This document shows, in pieces, positions 48,467 through 57,518 of a stretch of DNA of 64,000 nt. A model generated the notes under the pieces. That model made no database searches. It had not been told where the DNA came from and saw only the letters and a program-made list of their open reading frames with translations. Where the stretch lies: the NCBI GenBank assembly GCA_965215635.1, contig CBDCEA010000004.1:731157-795156 (forward strand). Reading direction: 5' to 3'. A program made the position numbers and the translations under genes. Positions within the stretch are counted from its first letter, which is position 1. Every line of letters begins with the position of its first letter. This stretch comes from Alphaproteobacteria bacterium. GTDB taxonomy: Bacteria; Pseudomonadota; Alphaproteobacteria; SP197.

Positions 48467-48582
48467 TTGCCATATAGATATTACCGTTTATGGCTGGTGT
48501 CAAATCTTGATCTCGAATCCACGAAGTCACGCCCGTGCCATCCTTGCCCATTTCCGAAGGTTGCTCAGTCACGCCCACGACT

Positions 48583-48870
48583 TCAGTCCCGACCATAGCC
48601 TCGCGGTGGCGTGACAGCCTCCAGCTCTGAAAGGTCGAGGGTGCAGATGATGTCAAGGAGCTCTCCCGTCGCCGAGTCATGGAGCGTCTCGGGAACCATG
48701 TCGTACCAGTCCCGATACTCCTGCTGAAGACGGACAAGGGTCTCAACGGCGTCCGTCCAGCGCCTGTATCGCGGACGCCGGTCTTGCGGAGATCCCGCCG
48801 GAACCGGCTTTGCCAAGGCCTTGCGTCGGTCCCGAAAACGTTTTTGCCGTTCAGCATTGGTAAGGGCCAT
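48583..48870 (-). CDS. small protein with a bZIP-like basic N-terminus (first gene of the element)
   Basis: The 95-aa ORF has GGAG 8 nt upstream of the ATG. The product is MALTNAERQKRFRDRRK...RRWTDAVETLVRLQQEYRDWYDMVPETL...PPRGYGRD. A paralog lies at 37860-38100. Confidence 0.65.
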   Translation of the reverse strand: MALTNAERQKRFRDRRKALAKPVPAGSPQDRRPRYRRWTDAVETLVRLQQEYRDWYDMVPETLHDSATGELLDIICTLDLSELEAVTPPRGYGRD

Positions 48871-48885
48871 GGTTCATACTCCGGT

Positions 48886-48899
48886 CCGTTACGTAACGG
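48886..48899. promoter_or_regulatory. perfect 14-bp palindrome CCGTTACGTAACGG, candidate operator
   Basis: It lies 17 bp upstream of the ATG at 48870, just upstream of the SD. The core 12-mer is identical to 37782-37793 and 38133-38144. Confidence 0.6.
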
Positions 48900-49059
48900 G
48901 TGTTGTTTGAAGTTCACGCATCCGAATTGCAAACTCACGATGGCGCATGATCAGTCTCGGAACGCCGTCTCCGACCTTTTCTGCAATCCTTGACCGGATG
49001 ACTACGCCATCCCACGATCAAGCGTTCGAATAAAAAGTTATCTCTTGCGTTCGGGGAGT

Positions 49060-49707
49060 GATCACCCCACCCTGGGGTGTGCCAGCGACCGGCCTGTGCA
49101 CGGTGCCCTCTTCGAGCACCCCCGCTTTCAGCCACTTGTCGATCATGCGCCTTACGACGCCGTCCTTGATCCGCAGGTCGAGGAAGGACCGCAGGTGGGT
49201 GTGCGAGATCGAGTCGAAGTACGACTTCACATCCGCATCGATCACCCACCGTTGGCGCTGCTCGATGATGCCCGCCCGAAGGGCCTTGAGGGCATCGTGA
49301 GCCGAGCGCCCGGGCCGGAAGCCGTACGAGCACGGTAGAAAGTCCGTCTCGTAGATCGCCTCCAGCAGCATCAGGATCGCCCGCTGCGCCACCTTGTCTT
49401 CGAACGTCGGGATGCCCAGTGGGCGTTTCGTGCCGTCCGCCTTGGGGATGTAGTGGCGTCGCACCGGCGGCGCGACGTAGCGGCCCGACTTCATCCGGTC
49501 CAGGAGGTCGTTGAGATTGGCCTCAAGGTCCTTCTCGTAGTCGGCCGCCGTCACGCCGTCGATGCCTGTCGCCCCATCCTTGCGCGTCCGGTGGTACGCT
49601 TCGTGCATCCACGCGCCGTCGATCAGATGGTGCAGGGACGTGAACACCCGATCCGGATGCTCCCTCGCCTGTTCGGCTATCCACTGCTGTTTCGTGTACG
49701 TGTTCAT
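49060..49707 (-). pseudogene. group II intron RT/maturase, N-terminal part (to ...GTPQGGVI)
   Basis: ORF 49018..49707 is identical to copy 1 and is intact across the copy-1 frameshift site ([16 protein letters not shown]). It then runs into the inserted element. Confidence 0.85.
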
Positions 49708-50464
49708 GGAACTCAGGGTTTCCTCCAGCGTTTCCCATCAGTGGTTCTGTACAGATGACGCCCCGCTTCCCTCCAGCGGGTCCCGATGGCCACGGTTCCC
49801 CGCCTTCCACAGTACTATCAAGGCGCTACGACTCCCTGCCCCCGCATGGCCTTCGGCTTATTGGTTTCGCCAGCCGGCTCCACGAGCGCCTGCCGGGGTT
49901 CGTGTTCGCCATAGGCGCTCCCGCCGCCGTGCAGGCCCGTCGGCAGGCCAGGTCTTGATTGGTCACGCTGGCATTCCCTCTTCCAGCGGTCTTGCCCGTG
50001 GGCAAGGACAGGATCTCCCAGGTTCCCTGGTCATCCATCCCGTGACTTTGCGCCGGTCCACGACCCCGGACGACCCGTTGCGCCTCGCCACTCGCGGCGC
50101 TTCCGATGCTGCCCCCACACGCTTAACAATGAAGGCGTCGTCGCTTTACGATTTCGAGGCTTACCCCACCGCTTCATCACCTGCTGTCTACGCTTCACGA
50201 CGGGCGCTTGCCGCACGCCATGCAAGACTCGCTTCCGGCTGGCGGGCTGCGCCTTTGCCGGGCGGGAGTCGAACCCGCTGGATCACAACGAGAGGTTTCA
50301 GTTCATGTCATCCTCCTCTCCAGGGCTTGCCCTGGCGCAATAAGCGTTCGTTCCGCAGGTGACGGCTGATTTTTCTTTTAGCGTGATTCATTTTTCACTG
50401 GCAACTTGGACCGGCATGTGCCAGGACTGTAGGCATGCCAGGTCTTCAGGAAGCATTGCACTCG

Positions 50465-52628
50465 ATGACGGCGGCGGGCCCTGTTCCGGGCGCGGGCGGC
50501 CTTGCGGTTGCTTGTCCGTCTGGCGCTCCGGAGGTCTGGCCCCGGCTTCACGAGGAAGAGAAGCGCCGCGGATGCTGCGGACGGGCGTGCCGAACGGCTC
50601 AAACGGGAGAAGGTCCAGGCGCACCGCGAGGCGCGGTACTGGAAAGCGCAGTGGGGTCGGGCCCGGAACGCGCTCGAGGCGGCGCGTGCGGAAGCGGAGG
50701 ACTTGCGCCGTGTGTCGAAGGATGCGTTGCATCTGCGCTCGGAGGTCGATCGTCTTGAGACGCTTCTTGCCGCCATCGGTGTCGATACGCGCAAGCGCAG
50801 CACGATGGCGTCCCTGCGGATCGAGAACGGCCGGTTGCAGGCCGGGAGCGAAGCCCTGGGCAAGCGGCTGCAGGAGGTCGAGAGCGAGCGTGACGGCCTG
50901 CGCTCGCAGGTTGAGACCCTGTCGCGCGCGCAGTTCGGTCGCAAGAGCGAACGGGGCCACAAGGGTACGGGCCACAAGGGTACGGGCCGCAAGACGGGGC
51001 CGGACGACAAGGGGAAGACCGGCAAGCGCGGCCCCCGGCCCGGTGGCGAGACCCACGGGCGCACGCCGCGCCCCGAACTGGCCCGCGAGAGAGAGGTTCA
51101 CGACCCGCCGCCCGAGGCGTTGCACTGTCCGTGTTGCAACGCGCCCCGGGTGGCCAACGGATCGCATACCTCGGATCTGATCGAGGTCGAGGTCAAGGCT
51201 CATGTGCGGGTCATCGACCGGAGCCGCTGGCGCAAGACCTGCCAGTGTTCTGACACGCCCGAGGAGGTGTCGGCGCCACCGGTGCCGCGCCTGTTTCCGA
51301 GGACCATGTTCGGTATCAGCGTCTGGGCGCGTCTGCTGTTCGAACTTTACGCCGCCAACCGTCCCTTGCGGCGGGTCGCGGCGTGGTTCGAGGCGCAGGG
51401 CCTGCCAGTCTCACCGGGAACGCTTTCAGACGGGCATGACCGGATGGTGGCGCTGTTTGCGCCGCTGTCGGCGGCGATCCTTGCGCATCTCCAGCAGGCG
51501 CCGGTGGTGCATGCCGACGAGACCACCTGGAGGGTCCGGGAGTTCGCCACGACGGGCTCGTCCAGCCGCGCCTGGCTGTGGATCGCGACCTGCGTGGATG
51601 CGGTGTATCTGCATGTCGATGCATCGCGCAGCGCGGCCGCCGCCGCGACGCTGCTCGGCGGGCTGCGCAAGGGTGCGGTCCTGGTATGCGATCGCTATAG
51701 CGCCTGCAAGAAGCTGGCCCGCCTGGCGGCGGGCCGGCTGGTCTTGGCGTTCTGCTGGGCCCATGTCAGGAGGGATTTCATCAAGGTGGCGGCGGCGCGT
51801 GGCGACCTCGAGGACTGGAAGGACCAGTGGCTGAGCCGGATCCGGCGCCTGTACAGGCTGAACGCCAGCGCTTGCGCTATCACGATCCCGGCAGGCCGTC
51901 CGGCAGGAGGAGGTCTGAGGATGCAATTCCGTCTGTCCCGCGTCCTCGGGGAGGTCTTCACGGAGGCGGAACGGGAACTTGCCACCTGAACGTCGCCGCA
52001 GGCAGCGTCTCTTGCGTGAGGGCTGTCTCATCACGATCCCGGCGATGGGCCGTCCGGCAGGAGGAGGTATCTGAGGATGCAATTCCGTCTGTCCCGCGTC
52101 CTCGGGGAGGTCTTGCCCCCGCGGAGGCGGAACACCGGACTTGTCCGCTGATTGAACCGCCGGCTGCACCGTTGAAGCCACCGGCCATCAAGCTTTGATC
52201 CGCCGGACGACGTCGCCGCAGGCGAAGGTGTTGCGGTCTCTGCATGAATCATCGTGAAGGGCTGTCTCAGGTCCTCGACGATCTCCGTGTTCCGATGGAC
52301 AACAATCTCGCTGAACGCCAACTCCGCCAACCCCGTACGAGGCCAGGTCGCTCGACGAATTCTCCGTGCGATGGGTTGAACGCCGTTCCGCCCTGAGGTC
52401 ATCCGCCGGAAGCTGTCGCTGGGCTCGGACAGCAAGGAGGGCGCGCAGGGCATGGCGAAGATGCTTTCGGTGGTCCGCACGCTTGAGGTCAACGACATTG
52501 CGGTTGTGCCGTGGCTCGAGGCGTGGCTGTCCGCCTGTGCCGCCAATGGCGGCCGTCCGCCGGAGGATCTCGGGCCGTGGCTGCCCTGGACAATGGACGA
52601 GGCGCGCCGGGCAGAGTTTCGCGCGTGA
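50465..52628 (+). pseudogene. IS66-family transposase (TnpC-like), multiple frameshifts and an internal duplication
   Basis: ORF 50502..51989 has a coiled-coil/zinc-finger N-terminus (HCPCCNA) and the DDE region (HADETTWRV, VCDRYSACKK, FCWAHVRRDF). The C-terminal blocks PMDNNLAER and ...GMAKMLSVVRTLEVNDI...WLEAWL are in other frames and end at the TGA at 52626-52628. Confidence 0.8.
51880..52269 (+). repeat. imperfect tandem duplication inside the IS66 transposase gene (units about 151 and 239 bp)
   Basis: Both units start TCACGATCCCGGC...GTCCGGCAGGAGGAGGT(A)TCTGAGGATGCAATTCCGTCTGTCCCGCGTCCTCGGGGAGGTCTT and end ...GTCGCCGCAGGC...GGGCTGTCTCA (51880-52030 and 52031-52269). Confidence 0.7.
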
Positions 52629-53509
52629 GCGCGGCACCGACATGCCGCTATGCGGGGCGCGACTTCACCGAAGACGAGATTGCGCTGATCCGGGATCTGA
52701 TTGCCGGCGATCCGAAGCTGACCCGGGCTCACCTGTCGCGGGCGCTCTGCCGCCGGGTCGGCTGGGTCAAACCCGACGGCGGGTTGCGGGACATGATGGC
52801 GCGTTGCGCGCTGCTGGCGATGCATCGCGACGGGCTGATCGTCCTGCCGCCACCACGACACCCGCGCCGTGCGCCCGGACCGGTCGTCTTCGGGCCCGAG
52901 ACCGAACCACCGCCATCGCCGCCGCCCGCGACCCTCGAGGCGGTGCGGCCGCTCAGCCTCGTCCCCGTCCTCGACCGGACCAGCCACAACGCCGTGTTGT
53001 GGAAGCAGTTCATCGCGCGCTACCATTATCTCGGCTACAAGCCGATGGCCGGCGCCCAGATGCGCTATACCGTGGTCGACCGCCACGGCGCCCCGCTCGC
53101 CATGATCGGCATGGCAGCAGCAGCCTGGAAGACCGCGCCGCGCGACCGCGCCATCGGATGGAACCCGGAAACCCGGGCGCGCAATCTCCATCTCGTGGTC
53201 AATCAGTCCCGCCTGCTTCTACTGCCCTGGATCGTCATCCCCAACCTCGGGTCCCACATCCTGTCGCTGCTGCGCCGACAACTGCCCGGCGACTGGACGC
53301 AGCGCTACAATGTCGAGCCCGTCCTGATGGAAACATTCGTCGAAAAGCCGCGCTTTGCCGGCACCGTCTACAAGGCCGCCAACTGGACCCATATAGGCAC
53401 CACCAGGGGACGCGGCCGTTACGACAGAAAAAACGAATGCGCCCTCGCCAAAAAGGACATCTGGGTGCAGCCGCTCCGCAGAGACTGGAAGCGCAGACTC
53501 AACGATTGA
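52625..53509 (+). CDS. DUF4338-domain protein (DruA-like domain), inside the IS66-family element
   Basis: The GTG at 52625 overlaps the transposase stop (GTGA). The product reads CRYAGRDFTEDEIALIRDLIA...YHYLGYKP...RDRAIGW...QSRLLLLPW...METFVEKPRFAGTVYKAANW. It is homologous to the N-domain of the ISAs1 fusion at 27461. Its stop is 10 bp before the IRR. Confidence 0.75.
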   Translation: MSAAPTCRYAGRDFTEDEIALIRDLIAGDPKLTRAHLSRALCRRVGWVKPDGGLRDMMARCALLAMHRDGLIVLPPPRHPRRAPGPVVFGPETEPPPSPPPATLEAVRPLSLVPVLDRTSHNAVLWKQFIARYHYLGYKPMAGAQMRYTVVDRHGAPLAMIGMAAAAWKTAPRDRAIGWNPETRARNLHLVVNQSRLLLLPWIVIPNLGSHILSLLRRQLPGDWTQRYNVEPVLMETFVEKPRFAGTVYKAANWTHIGTTRGRGRYDRKNECALAKKDIWVQPLRRDWKRRLND

Positions 53510-54035
53510 CAGAAATCATCACCTGCGGAACGAACGCTTACAAGCCAACTTTCGCTTCCCGGGCCGTGCAACAAACCAACGGCCAGACCCCGAGATGCGT
53601 CGCCGTTCGTGTCAGACAGCGGATCTCGTTCACGGTATCGCGCACCGGCCGCTCGATCACCCCGAAGTCGCCGGGATCCTTGCCGGATCCAAAGTGTTCG
53701 TAGAACAGCGCGAGCATCCCAGGACACCGCCTCGGCGGCGATGTCGGGCAAGTCCGACAGAGCGATGGACGACGGGATGGAAGGCTGCGACACTGGCATG
53801 GGAATGCTCCTGATGTCGGGGACGGATACAGCATCGCGCCGCTTTTTGCTGTTCGGGGCATCCCCCGCCCCGATGCCGCGCGTGCCCATCGTGACGGGAT
53901 CCCACCCGTGTCGGACATACTGTCACGAAACCCCGTACTCAGGTGGACAAAACAGCGCTAAGCCATTGAATTTAAACACTCTCAGTTCGCCATCCCAAAC
54001 CTGCATCCGGTCGATCCGGCAAAGGAGTACGCGCG

Positions 54036-55469
54036 ATGCGAACCGTCATCACTGCAGGGCTCATGGCCCTGACCGCCATCCTGGCTTCTGCCGAGCTTGA
54101 GGCCGAGACGATCCGAACGGAAGACTTGCTCGACCAGATGCAGGACTCCTTTCGGAACGTAGCGGACGAAGTGTTTTCGTCCCTGGTTCATGTCGAGGCC
54201 TACAGCGGCGAGTCGGGAAGTTCCGGTTCAGGTTTCATCGTGGACCATGACTCCGAGAACAGCATTTTCTACGTCGCCACCAACCACCATGTTGCCGGCG
54301 GCCAGTACGACGACATCCGGGTTACCACTCGTGACGGCCGTTCGTTCGAAGCCGTACTTTTAGGGAGTGACCCGCGCTATGATGTCGCACTGCTCTCATT
54401 CGAGTATTCGACTGACGATTACTTCGATTGGAGTCCATCTATCTCCAGCATCGGTGACTCCGATGCCGTGCAAGCCGGCGACCTGGTGTTTGCGGTCGGC
54501 AGCCCGCAAAATTTGCCCGAGACCGTTACGCTTGGCATCGTCAGTCATGTCTCGCGTGAATCGCCCGACAGTGTCGGCGTGTTCATTCAGACAGATACCG
54601 CTATCAACCCTGGCAATTCCGGTGGCCCACTTGTCAGCCTGCGCGAGGGAAAGGTGATCGGAATCAACACCTGGATAAAACAGGCTCAGGTAGTAAGCGG
54701 CGCACAATCCGTGACAACAACTGAGGGAGATCCTCTGTTCGCATTGGGCAGCGTTGGCCTCGGCTTTGCGGTGCCGATCAACGTCGCCATGCGGATTGTC
54801 AACAATCTCAGGGACTACGGCACAGCACGCCACGGTTTCATAGGTGTCGAGTATTCGCCTTGGGGTGCAACTGATGTCGTGGGTGAGTGCGGCTCACCGG
54901 ATTTGGGGGGAGAGGAATGGGATGATGAAACCTGGGCAATGTTCGTGAGGGGTTTGACGACGATCATGAACGTCGCCCCCCTGGCTCCGGCAGACCGGTT
55001 CGGTCTGAAGCCCGGCGATGTGATCTTCCATGTGGACGGCGAATTCGCGCCCGTTATCGCCAGTGTCGACCGGCCCCCAAACCACAGCAGGCTGGTTCGG
55101 ATGATCGACGCACTGACGCCCGGAGAAGACAGCACATTCAGAGTGATTCGTGACTGCGAGTTTATCGACATTACATTACAGGCAGGCGCGCGTGAGGATG
55201 TGGAGGCCGACGGTCGTGTGCTCACGCGTTGGCCGGGAATGCTCCTCAGCGCGGACCTGTCGGTCGTCGCTGTCGCAGAGGCGGGCGTCGCAGCCACTGT
55301 GGGGATCGAAGAGGAGGACGTGGTCACCCACGTCAACAGCGATCAGATAGATAGCCTCGGGCAGTTCTATCGGAGTATCGACACGTGCCGAGCAGATCGC
55401 TGTAGTCTGGGCGTATACCGAAACGGCGTTCTGTTCTGGACTCCTGATTTCGTGGTCCCACGGAAATAG
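54036..55469 (+). CDS. HtrA/DegP-like trypsin-fold serine protease with signal peptide and PDZ-like C-terminal region
   Basis: The 477-aa ORF has a signal peptide, GSGFIV...ATNHHVAGG (His), RYDVALL (Asp) and TDTAINPGNSGGPLV (Ser). Confidence 0.85.
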   Translation: MRTVITAGLMALTAILASAELEAETIRTEDLLDQMQDSFRNVADEVFSSLVHVEAYSGESGSSGSGFIVDHDSENSIFYVATNHHVAGGQYDDIRVTTRDGRSFEAVLLGSDPRYDVALLSFEYSTDDYFDWSPSISSIGDSDAVQAGDLVFAVGSPQNLPETVTLGIVSHVSRESPDSVGVFIQTDTAINPGNSGGPLVSLREGKVIGINTWIKQAQVVSGAQSVTTTEGDPLFALGSVGLGFAVPINVAMRIVNNLRDYGTARHGFIGVEYSPWGATDVVGECGSPDLGGEEWDDETWAMFVRGLTTIMNVAPLAPADRFGLKPGDVIFHVDGEFAPVIASVDRPPNHSRLVRMIDALTPGEDSTFRVIRDCEFIDITLQAGAREDVEADGRVLTRWPGMLLSADLSVVAVAEAGVAATVGIEEEDVVTHVNSDQIDSLGQFYRSIDTCRADRCSLGVYRNGVLFWTPDFVVPRK

Positions 55470-56104
55470 CGTAAGCACCGGTCGCCGGGCAGACGTGGCC
55501 CGCCAGTGCATCCGGTACGGACTGGGAATTCGAACCGGCACCTGCTCGCGCGAGAGGCCGCGCCGGCGCGCCTTGCGGTCCAGCTTTCGCTCCCTCTTCC
55601 GTAAGCGCCGCGCCCCCGCCCTTGTAGAAATCTGAGACTTCGTCGTGCATCCGGCGCCTCTTCAATCACGGGGGTGACAGCTGACAGACGCAGTAAACGA
55701 AAGAGTGGAGTACCGCGCCTCCGACCTGGAGCATGGGGTTTGATGGCGTGGGAGGACCCGGTGGACGATGCGTCATCGCCCTTATGGCCGGACGCGCCGA
55801 CGCTGCGGGGCTTCCCGGTGCCCGGCGAGCCTCCGCTCACCGGGATGCTGGAGTAGCCGCGCCTCGCGCGGTCGGATCGTCGCTTCGCTCCGGAGTGGCT
55901 GCTTTGGGTGACAATCACCGCTACGTTGAGTGATATTCGCCGGCTCTCTACATTGATGATATTCTGCACGAGACGCGGCGGCCAACATGCGCCTCCTGCC
56001 GTTGGAGTGCGAGAATTGCCCAAGGGTCTCCTGTCGAAGCAGATGGGTATAGGAGAAACACAATGTCAGCCAACGACGGTCGGGAACTGGACAGTTCACG
56101 ACCC

Positions 56105-57115
56105 ATGCGCCCAAAGCGGCTTCTTCGCTGGATCCGGTGGACGACCGCAGCGCTGCTACTCCTGAGCATCGCAGTACCGGTCATGGCCACGGAGAAGGAC
56201 CGACAGCTGCAGCTCGTGTCGACGGCATGGTCGCCGTTCACCAACCCGCCAGGACAGCCGCGGTTCGCCCTCGATCTGGTCGAGGAGGCTCTCGAACGCC
56301 TCGACATCATTGCCGCCACGGTCATCGTGGACGAGGCCAGGTTGACGCCCTCGCTGTTGAGCGGCGAGTTCGACGGAAGCGCGGCGCTCTGGAGGGATGC
56401 GGAGCGGGAACGCGTGCTGATTTACTCTCAGCCGTATCTTGAGAACAGGTTGATCCTCGTCGGTCGCCGGGGCAGCGACGTCTCCGCGACCGCGTTGGCT
56501 GAGCTCGCCGGGAAGCGGATCGCCCTGGTTGCCGGGTACGCCTATGGCGAGGCGGTCGAGACGACCGCCGGCCCGATCTTCGTCGACTCGCACAGCCTGG
56601 AGGACAGCGTTGCAAAGGTCCTCAGCGGTGAGGCGGACTACACGCTTATGGACGACCTGGTCGTCCAGTATCTCATCAGCAACCACGGAGAAGAAGCGCG
56701 AACGCGGCTGTCGTTCGGCTCCACACCCCTTCTAACGCGCTCCCTGCACCTCGCTGTCCAGCGCTCTCTTCCGGACGCTGAATCGATCATCTCACGGTTC
56801 AACTTCGTGCTGAGCTTCTTGATGGCCGACCGCACCTACCATCGCCTGCTCAACCTCGACTGGATCCACGCGGACGTCGACGGCGACGGTCTCGGGGAGT
56901 TCGTGCCTCATGACGATCGAATCGGACCACGCCCACCAGAGCATTCCTACGAGCTCTTCGCGGCAAGAACTCCGCTCGCAGAGCCCGGCGGGACTCGGCG
57001 ATTCTATATCGGTGGCGATATCTACGAAGGCTGGTCCGCAGTGCCCGACCGATACACGGCCTCGGACTTCGACAGACCCGTGCGCGAATTTAAACTCTTC
57101 AGCTTCAGTTTTTAG
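56105..57115 (+). CDS. family-3 extracellular solute-binding protein-like (periplasmic)
   Basis: The ATG at 56105 gives a signal-like MRPKRLLRWIRWTTAALLLLSIAVPVMA. Other blocks are STAWSPF, YSQPYLENRLILVGR, RIALVAGYAYGE and ADYTLMDDLVVQYL. Confidence 0.6.
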   Translation: MRPKRLLRWIRWTTAALLLLSIAVPVMATEKDRQLQLVSTAWSPFTNPPGQPRFALDLVEEALERLDIIAATVIVDEARLTPSLLSGEFDGSAALWRDAERERVLIYSQPYLENRLILVGRRGSDVSATALAELAGKRIALVAGYAYGEAVETTAGPIFVDSHSLEDSVAKVLSGEADYTLMDDLVVQYLISNHGEEARTRLSFGSTPLLTRSLHLAVQRSLPDAESIISRFNFVLSFLMADRTYHRLLNLDWIHADVDGDGLGEFVPHDDRIGPRPPEHSYELFAARTPLAEPGGTRRFYIGGDIYEGWSAVPDRYTASDFDRPVREFKLFSFSF

Positions 57116-57518
57116 CCCAAGCTACGCTACTGCGGCTCGTCTCACGTGATCCGGGTAGCCGTCATAATTCCTATGATGAGCGGGTGGTTCCGCACCCCCG
57201 GGCATGAAGTGTCCCGCTGAACCGGGCGCACCCCGAGCTTGTTGGGTGTTGCTGGCGGTCCGGGGACCGATTTTGGATGTCATCGGGAATGGAGACGGAA
57301 CCGAGAACGAATGCTTAGTGTGGCTCAAGCGAATGCTTAGTGTGGCTTGGACCACGTTCGGCTTGGACCACGTTCATAAAATTGTTCCGGATGGCCAGGC
57401 ATCGAATCCCTGGAGGTACCCGGCCTGACGGTCGAGGACGCACGGCAAAATGACCGCAGGTGTGTCCTTTGGATGCCGCTGCGAGTGCCCCCCTGGCCAT
57501 CCACTCCGTCTCCACCCG

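Larger units (their letters stand above)
46346..49065 (-). mobile_element. compact serine-recombinase integrative element (about 2.71 kb) inserted in the intron RT gene
   Basis: The inverted ends are GATCACTCCCCGAACGCAATAGATA (46346-) and the reverse complement of TATCTCTTGCGTTCGGGGAGTGATC (..49062). The intact target in copy 1 reads GGCGAGATCACCCCACC. Net extra DNA is 2714 bp. It carries the recombinase plus 2-3 small ORFs. Confidence 0.8.
45617..50340 (-). mobile_element. group II intron, copy 2, interrupted by a 2.7-kb serine-recombinase element
   Basis: It is colinear and near-identical with 4161-6171 (offsets +41456 on the 3' side, +44169 on the 5' side), apart from a 2714-bp insertion in the RT ORF, the absence of the extra C at 5120, and one substitution (5876 G vs A). 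Confidence 0.85.
50340..53541 (+). mobile_element. IS66-family element (about 3.2 kb) carrying a DUF4338 gene
   Basis: The IRL (a)TAAGCGTTCGTTCCGCAGGTGA (50341-50362) and the IRR TCACCTGCGGAACGAACGCTTAC (53519-53541) form 22/23-bp inverted repeats of the GTAAGCG... type typical of IS66. Confidence 0.8.

Noticed and set aside
53542-54035. Short reverse-strand ORFs just right of the IS66 IRR (for example MLALFYEHFGSGKDPGDFGVIERPVRDTVNEIR...). They may be the N-terminus of a gene cut by the IS.
   Set aside because: The stretch is too short and has no recognisable motif. I cannot assign a family or confirm that it is coding.
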